Assembly (NCBI GenBank): GCA_019745195.1
Contig: JAIETL010000056.1
Span: forward strand, 26,238-90,237
Origin: Beijerinckiaceae bacterium
GTDB taxonomy: Bacteria; Pseudomonadota; Alphaproteobacteria; Rhizobiales; Beijerinckiaceae
Reading direction: 5' to 3'
Length of the DNA stretch: 64,000 nucleotides
The position numbers and the translations under genes were made by a program. This document shows, piece by piece, positions 60,146 through 64,000 of the stretch (the stretch's first letter is position 1; each line of letters opens with the position of its first letter). The notes under the pieces are model-generated. The model did no database searches, was not told the DNA's origin, and saw nothing but the letters and a program-made list of their open reading frames with translations.

Positions 60146-60514
60146 TCAGGCTGCACCGGCATAGGCGCGTACGGTTTCCAGAAACTTGGCGACCGAGATC
60201 GGCTTCGAGAGATAGGCCTCGCAGCCGCCGTCGCGGATGCGCTCCTCGTCGCCCTTCATGGCGAAGGCGGTGACCGCGATGACCGGGATGGACTTGAGGG
60301 CATCGTCTTCCTTGATCCATTTGGTCACCTCCAGCCCCGAAACCTCCGGCAGCTGGATGTCCATCAGGATCAGGTCGGGATGATGCGCGCGGGCGAGCTC
60401 GATCGCCTCGATCCCGTCGGCCGTCTTCAGCGTGGCGTAGCCATGCGCCTCCAGCAGGTCGTTGAAGAGCTTCATGTTGAGCTCGTTGTCCTCGACGATC
60501 AGAACCGTCTTCAT
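60146..60514 (-). CDS. divK: Single-domain cell-cycle response regulator DivK
   Basis: 122 aa from ATG 60514 (alternative start at 60529). [39 protein letters not shown]...[30 protein letters not shown] closely matches Caulobacter DivK. Confidence 0.92.
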   Translation of the reverse strand: MKTVLIVEDNELNMKLFNDLLEAHGYATLKTADGIEAIELARAHHPDLILMDIQLPEVSGLEVTKWIKEDDALKSIPVIAVTAFAMKGDEERIRDGGCEAYLSKPISVAKFLETVRAYAGAA

Positions 60515-60655
60515 CGTGCCGCCCTTCATCCGCGACCTGTCCGATCCGGATGGTTCCGGATTGTTCAAGCTGGCGGCCTCGTTCAAAGATTACGCTAGCA
60601 TGCGAGCCGTTGACGAAACGCAAACCGAACCCCCGAGAAGGAGCCCAATCCCGCC

Positions 60656-60946
60656 ATGGCCAAATCCATGACCACCGAGGCAGCCGAGGGGCTGGCCCTG
60701 CGCGCGCTCGGCTTTCTGGCGGCCGAACCCGAGCGTATCGAGCCGTTTCTGGCCACGACAGGGCTCGGACCCGCGACTTTGCGCACTGCGGCCAGCCAAC
60801 CAGGCTTTCTCGCCGCCGTGCTCGACCATCTTGCCGGCAGCGATTCGCTGCTGTTGGAGTTTGCCGGAAATTTAAGCCTGAATCCGGAAATCGTGGCGCA
60901 GGCGCGCTCCGTCCTGTCAGGAGCCGACTCGGACGAGTTCGCCTGA
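60656..60946 (+). CDS. DUF3572 domain protein
   Basis: 96 aa with LALRALGFLAAEPERIEPFLATTGLGPATLR...FLAAVLDHL. It is divergent from divK and lies 2 nt upstream of dinB. Confidence 0.8.
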   Translation: MAKSMTTEAAEGLALRALGFLAAEPERIEPFLATTGLGPATLRTAASQPGFLAAVLDHLAGSDSLLLEFAGNLSLNPEIVAQARSVLSGADSDEFA

Positions 60947-60948
60947 CT

Positions 60949-62310
60949 ATGTCTGGGGGCGCCGCAGCGGGCCGGGTGCTCTGTCTCGACTGCCTCGCCG
61001 ATCGTGACGAGACGGCCGCCTCCTTGCGCCGCTGCCCGGCCTGCGGCTCGCCGCGCCTGCTGCGCCATGCCGAGCGCGATACCTTGAGCCTCGCCCATAT
61101 CGACTGCGACGCCTTTTATGCCGCGATCGAGAAACGCGATGATCCAAGCCTCGCCGACAGGCCGGTGATCATAGGCGGCGGCAAGCGCGGCGTCGTCTCG
61201 ACCGCCTGCTACATCGCGCGGACCTATGGCGTGCGCTCGGCCATGCCGATGTTCAAGGCGCTGAAAGCCTGCCCCGAGGCGGTCGTCGTCAAGCCGAACA
61301 TGGCCAAATATGTCGCGGTCGGCCGGCAGGTCCGGGCGCTGATGCAGGAACTCACCCCGCTGGTCGAGCCGATCTCGATCGACGAGGCCTTTCTCGACCT
61401 CGCCGGGACGGAGCTGCTGCACCACGCCAGCCCGGCCGTGACGCTGGCGCGCTTCGCCCGCCGCATCGAAGCCGAGATCGGCATCACCGTCTCGGTCGGC
61501 CTGTCCTATGCGAAGTTCCTCGCCAAGGTCGCCTCCGACATGGACAAGCCGCGCGGTTTCTCGATCATCGGCCGGGCCGAGGCCGTCGCTTTCCTCGCGA
61601 CCAGGCCGGTCGGGCTGATTCCTGGCATCGGCCAGGCGAGCGCGAACAAGCTCGCCGAGGCAGGCTTCCGCCTGATCGGCGATCTGCGCGACGCTCCGGT
61701 CGACAAGCTGTTCAGGCTCGCCGGCAAGGACGGGCCGCGCCTGAAAAAACTCGCCAATGGCGTCGACGAACGACAGGTTGCGCCAGAGCGCGAGACCAAG
61801 AGCGTCTCCAGCGAGACCACGCTCGATGTCGATCTCGCGAGCTTCGCGGCGCTGGAGCCGGTGCTATGGCGGCTCTGCGAGAAGACGTCGAAACGCCTGA
61901 AAGCCCAGCAGCTTGCAGGCCGTACCATCACCCTGAAACTGAAGACGGCGGAGTTCCATTCGATCACCCGCGCCGCGCGTCTGCCCGAGCCGACGCAGCT
62001 CGCCGCCAGGCTGTTTTCGGCCGGCCGCGACCTGCTCAGGCGCGAATGCACCGGGGCGCGCTATCGGCTGATCGGCATCGGCGCGAGCGATTTCAGCGCA
62101 CCCGAGGACGCCGACCATGGCGATCTCGCCGATGTCGCGACGCCGCGCCTCAAAGCCATGGAGGGTGCGGTCGACAAGCTCCGGGCCCGCTTCGGCGACG
62201 ACGCCATCGGCAAGGGAGTGGGCTTGGGCCTGAGCCTGCGCGAGCCGCAGCGCCGCAGCTCCGCGCCTACTTCGCGCAGTCCTGGGCAGGAAGAAGATCG
62301 AGACGGGTGA
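60949..62310 (+). CDS. dinB: DNA polymerase IV (Y-family) with an N-terminal CxxC...CxxC extension
   Basis: 453 aa from ATG 60949 inside ORF 60550..62310. IAHIDCDAFYAAIEKRDDP and SIDEAFLD motifs, preceded by LCLDCL..RRCPACGSPRL. Confidence 0.9.
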   Translation: MSGGAAAGRVLCLDCLADRDETAASLRRCPACGSPRLLRHAERDTLSLAHIDCDAFYAAIEKRDDPSLADRPVIIGGGKRGVVSTACYIARTYGVRSAMPMFKALKACPEAVVVKPNMAKYVAVGRQVRALMQELTPLVEPISIDEAFLDLAGTELLHHASPAVTLARFARRIEAEIGITVSVGLSYAKFLAKVASDMDKPRGFSIIGRAEAVAFLATRPVGLIPGIGQASANKLAEAGFRLIGDLRDAPVDKLFRLAGKDGPRLKKLANGVDERQVAPERETKSVSSETTLDVDLASFAALEPVLWRLCEKTSKRLKAQQLAGRTITLKLKTAEFHSITRAARLPEPTQLAARLFSAGRDLLRRECTGARYRLIGIGASDFSAPEDADHGDLADVATPRLKAMEGAVDKLRARFGDDAIGKGVGLGLSLREPQRRSSAPTSRSPGQEEDRDG

Positions 62311-63103
62311 GCGTGCCGCGCAACGCGAACGCGCCATAGTCGAGCTTCACCGCGCCGGTGACGCCGTTCTCGTAGAGTTCGAACGAGATCGTGTAGGTCG
62401 GCGTCTGCTCGCCGGAGCCGACCTTGAAATAGGAAATCGTCACCGGCCAGCGCGCTATGCTCTCGAATTCCGGCCGCTGCAGCGGGGCTTCGCTAGGCTT
62501 GCCCTCGATCCGCTTCCCGATGACCGAGAGCGTGTCATAGACCTCCTTGCCGCTGTTGGCGCCGTCATAGAGCCTGACGTTCAGCGTGGTCTGGCCGGCC
62601 TTGGCGGCCGCGATGACCGCCTTCATCTGGGCGTTGGGGAAGAGCGCATCGGCCGGCTCGCGATGGGTTTCCGGCTTGGGCGCGCGCAGCTTGACTTCGT
62701 AGCCGCCATTACCCTTCTCGGCCGTGCCATCCACCACCTCGGCGGGGCCTGCGCCGCTCGAGCTCTCGGTCTTGAAGCGGTAGCTCGCGCCGTCGCCGGC
62801 CTCGAAGCTCGTGGTGCGGGCGTCGATGACGCGCGGTCCTTGTTCGCTGGTGAGCTGCGTCACCTGCCGGAACGACAGCGCATAGCCCTCGCAGGCGTCG
62901 CCGGTGAAATCGAAGGCGATGCGGCCGCGCGCCGCCTCGATGCTCTTGGAGGGCTTGCTGGTGTCGAGGACGAGGTCGTAGATCGCCTTGTGAGGCGTCA
63001 GCTTGATCGCGCCGGCCACGGGCGTCTGCGCCAGGGCGGGGGACGCGGCGGCGAGAACGGCGATGCCGGCGCTGGCCGCGAGGGCCGATCCTAGTCGTGT
63101 CAT
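62267..63103 (-). CDS. eipB: DUF1849 / EipB-family periplasmic cell-envelope integrity protein
   Basis: 278 aa from ATG 63103. Signal peptide ..AASPALAQ, then HKAIYDLVLD...GRIAFDFTGDACEGY, and a C-terminal Cys (..AQDCAK). Confidence 0.75.
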   Translation of the reverse strand: MTRLGSALAASAGIAVLAAASPALAQTPVAGAIKLTPHKAIYDLVLDTSKPSKSIEAARGRIAFDFTGDACEGYALSFRQVTQLTSEQGPRVIDARTTSFEAGDGASYRFKTESSSGAGPAEVVDGTAEKGNGGYEVKLRAPKPETHREPADALFPNAQMKAVIAAAKAGQTTLNVRLYDGANSGKEVYDTLSVIGKRIEGKPSEAPLQRPEFESIARWPVTISYFKVGSGEQTPTYTISFELYENGVTGAVKLDYGAFALRGTLTRLDLLPAQDCAK

Positions 63104-63260
63104 CTGCCGCTGCTCCGCTTCTGGGTTGTCCGAATCTAGGTGCATCGCGGCAATGGCGCAAACAAGGCGTCGGCGCAGACCAGCCCGGCGGACAGCGCCT
63201 TGCCGCAAGCCCGGCCATCGGCCATGAAAGCTCGCATTCTCTCGCTGCGGAGCCCGACTC

Positions 63261-63734
63261 ATGAACGCGATCGACGCGAAACTCGCCGAACTCGGCATCA
63301 CCCTGCCCTCGCCCGCAGCCCCGGTCGCGAACTATGTACCTTATGTGATCACCGGCAACCTGCTGGTGATTTCAGGGCAGCTTTGCTTCGGGCTCGACGG
63401 CAAGCTGTCGGACAGCCACAAGGGCAAGCTCGGCGTCGAGGTCTTCAACGAGGCCGGGCTGGAAGCGGCGCGTCTGTGCGCCATCAACGTGCTGGCGCAG
63501 GCCAAGGCGGCGCTGGGCGGCGATCTCGGGCGGATCACGCGTTGCGTCCGGCTCGGCGGTTTCATCAACGCCTCGCCCCATTTCGCCGCGCTGCCGGCCA
63601 TCATGAACGGCGCATCGGACCTGATGGTCGCCGTGCTCGGCGACAAGGGCCGCCATGCCCGCTCGACCATCGGCGTCGCTGAACTGCCGGCGGATGCGGC
63701 CGTCGAGGTCGAAGCGATGTTCGAGATCGCCTGA
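63261..63734 (+). CDS. RidA/YjgF/L-PSP family protein
   Basis: 157 aa with NYVPYVITGNLLVISGQL and a C-terminal ..LPADAAVEVEAMFEI pattern. Confidence 0.85.
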   Translation: MNAIDAKLAELGITLPSPAAPVANYVPYVITGNLLVISGQLCFGLDGKLSDSHKGKLGVEVFNEAGLEAARLCAINVLAQAKAALGGDLGRITRCVRLGGFINASPHFAALPAIMNGASDLMVAVLGDKGRHARSTIGVAELPADAAVEVEAMFEIA

Positions 63735-64000
63735 TGGCGCATGACCTGTCGACCCAAGCGGCGAAACCCGATCTCGGCTGGCTCGTCGCCCGGCCGATCG
63801 CCCATCGCGGCCTGCACGATCTCGCAGCGGGTATCGTCGAGAACAGCATGGCTGCGGCGGACGCCGCGATCGCGCATGGCTTCGGCATCGAATGCGATGT
63901 CCAGCTCAGCGCCGACGGCGAGGCCATGGTCTTTCACGATTTCGTGCTGGACCGGCTGACGGGCGAGACCGGCGCGGTCGCTGATCGCAAGGCGCAGGCG
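63734..64000 (+). CDS. Glycerophosphodiester phosphodiesterase family protein, N-terminal 89 aa; 3' end cut by the window edge
   Basis: Hand translation from an ATG overlapping the RidA TGA: MAHDLSTQAAKPDLGWLVARPIAHRGLHD..GIVENS..AA..GFGIECDVQLSADGEAMVFHD. These are GDPD-domain motifs (HRG, ENS, E.D, DG..V.HD). Confidence 0.75.
   Translation, partial: MAHDLSTQAAKPDLGWLVARPIAHRGLHDLAAGIVENSMAAADAAIAHGFGIECDVQLSADGEAMVFHDFVLDRLTGETGAVADRKAQA

Overview
High-GC chromosomal segment with alphaproteobacterial synteny and markers (lpxI, divK-pleD, eipB/DUF1849, GAAC-N7-GAAC SOS boxes), most likely Hyphomicrobiales/Rhizobiales-like; the genus cannot be determined from the sequence alone. The window is almost entirely core housekeeping genes. 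In order it holds: the opgH 3' part; a yjfL/yjfM/yjfC-like envelope module; a small ccdAB islet with a low-GC orphan gene; pyrG-secG-tpiA; ppiD-trpE-trpGDC-moaC-moeA; lexA/comEC; gltX, gltA; the lpxB-lpxI-lpxA-fabZ-lpxD-bamA-rseP-dxr-cdsA-uppS-frr-pyrH-tsf-rpsB supercluster; gntK-gnd; LysR/argH plus a polar amino-acid ABC transporter; urtEDCBA; a desaturase-family gene; rnr-DUF983-NUDIX; rpmG; pleD-divK; DUF3572-dinB; eipB; a RidA-family gene; and the 5' part of a glycerophosphodiesterase gene. I found no rRNA, tRNA, CRISPR, transposase or integrase genes. I also found no clear multi-gene defence or secondary-metabolite system. The items most worth follow-up are listed here. (1) An unannotated mini transcription unit upstream of rnr: a 13-nt perfect Shine-Dalgarno, a 25-codon Cys/His/Trp-rich ORF and a strong terminator. 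(2) The uncharacterised DUF350/DUF1190/GspS-like/VOC/DUF350 module. (3) The ccdAB plus low-GC orphan islet next to pyrG, with a 609-nt non-coding spacer. (4) A family of nested palindromic REP/MITE-like elements inserted in operon spacers (trp, urt x2, lexA/comEC, ccdB). (5) A low-GC intergenic region beside pleD with CtrA-type motifs and a small tail-anchored ORF. (6) Lineage-specific domain extensions on ribosomal protein S2 and DinB. Many long ORFs in the six-frame track are antisense artefacts of the high GC content and were rejected. All start codons are inferred by eye from alignment-like reasoning and are less certain than the gene calls themselves.
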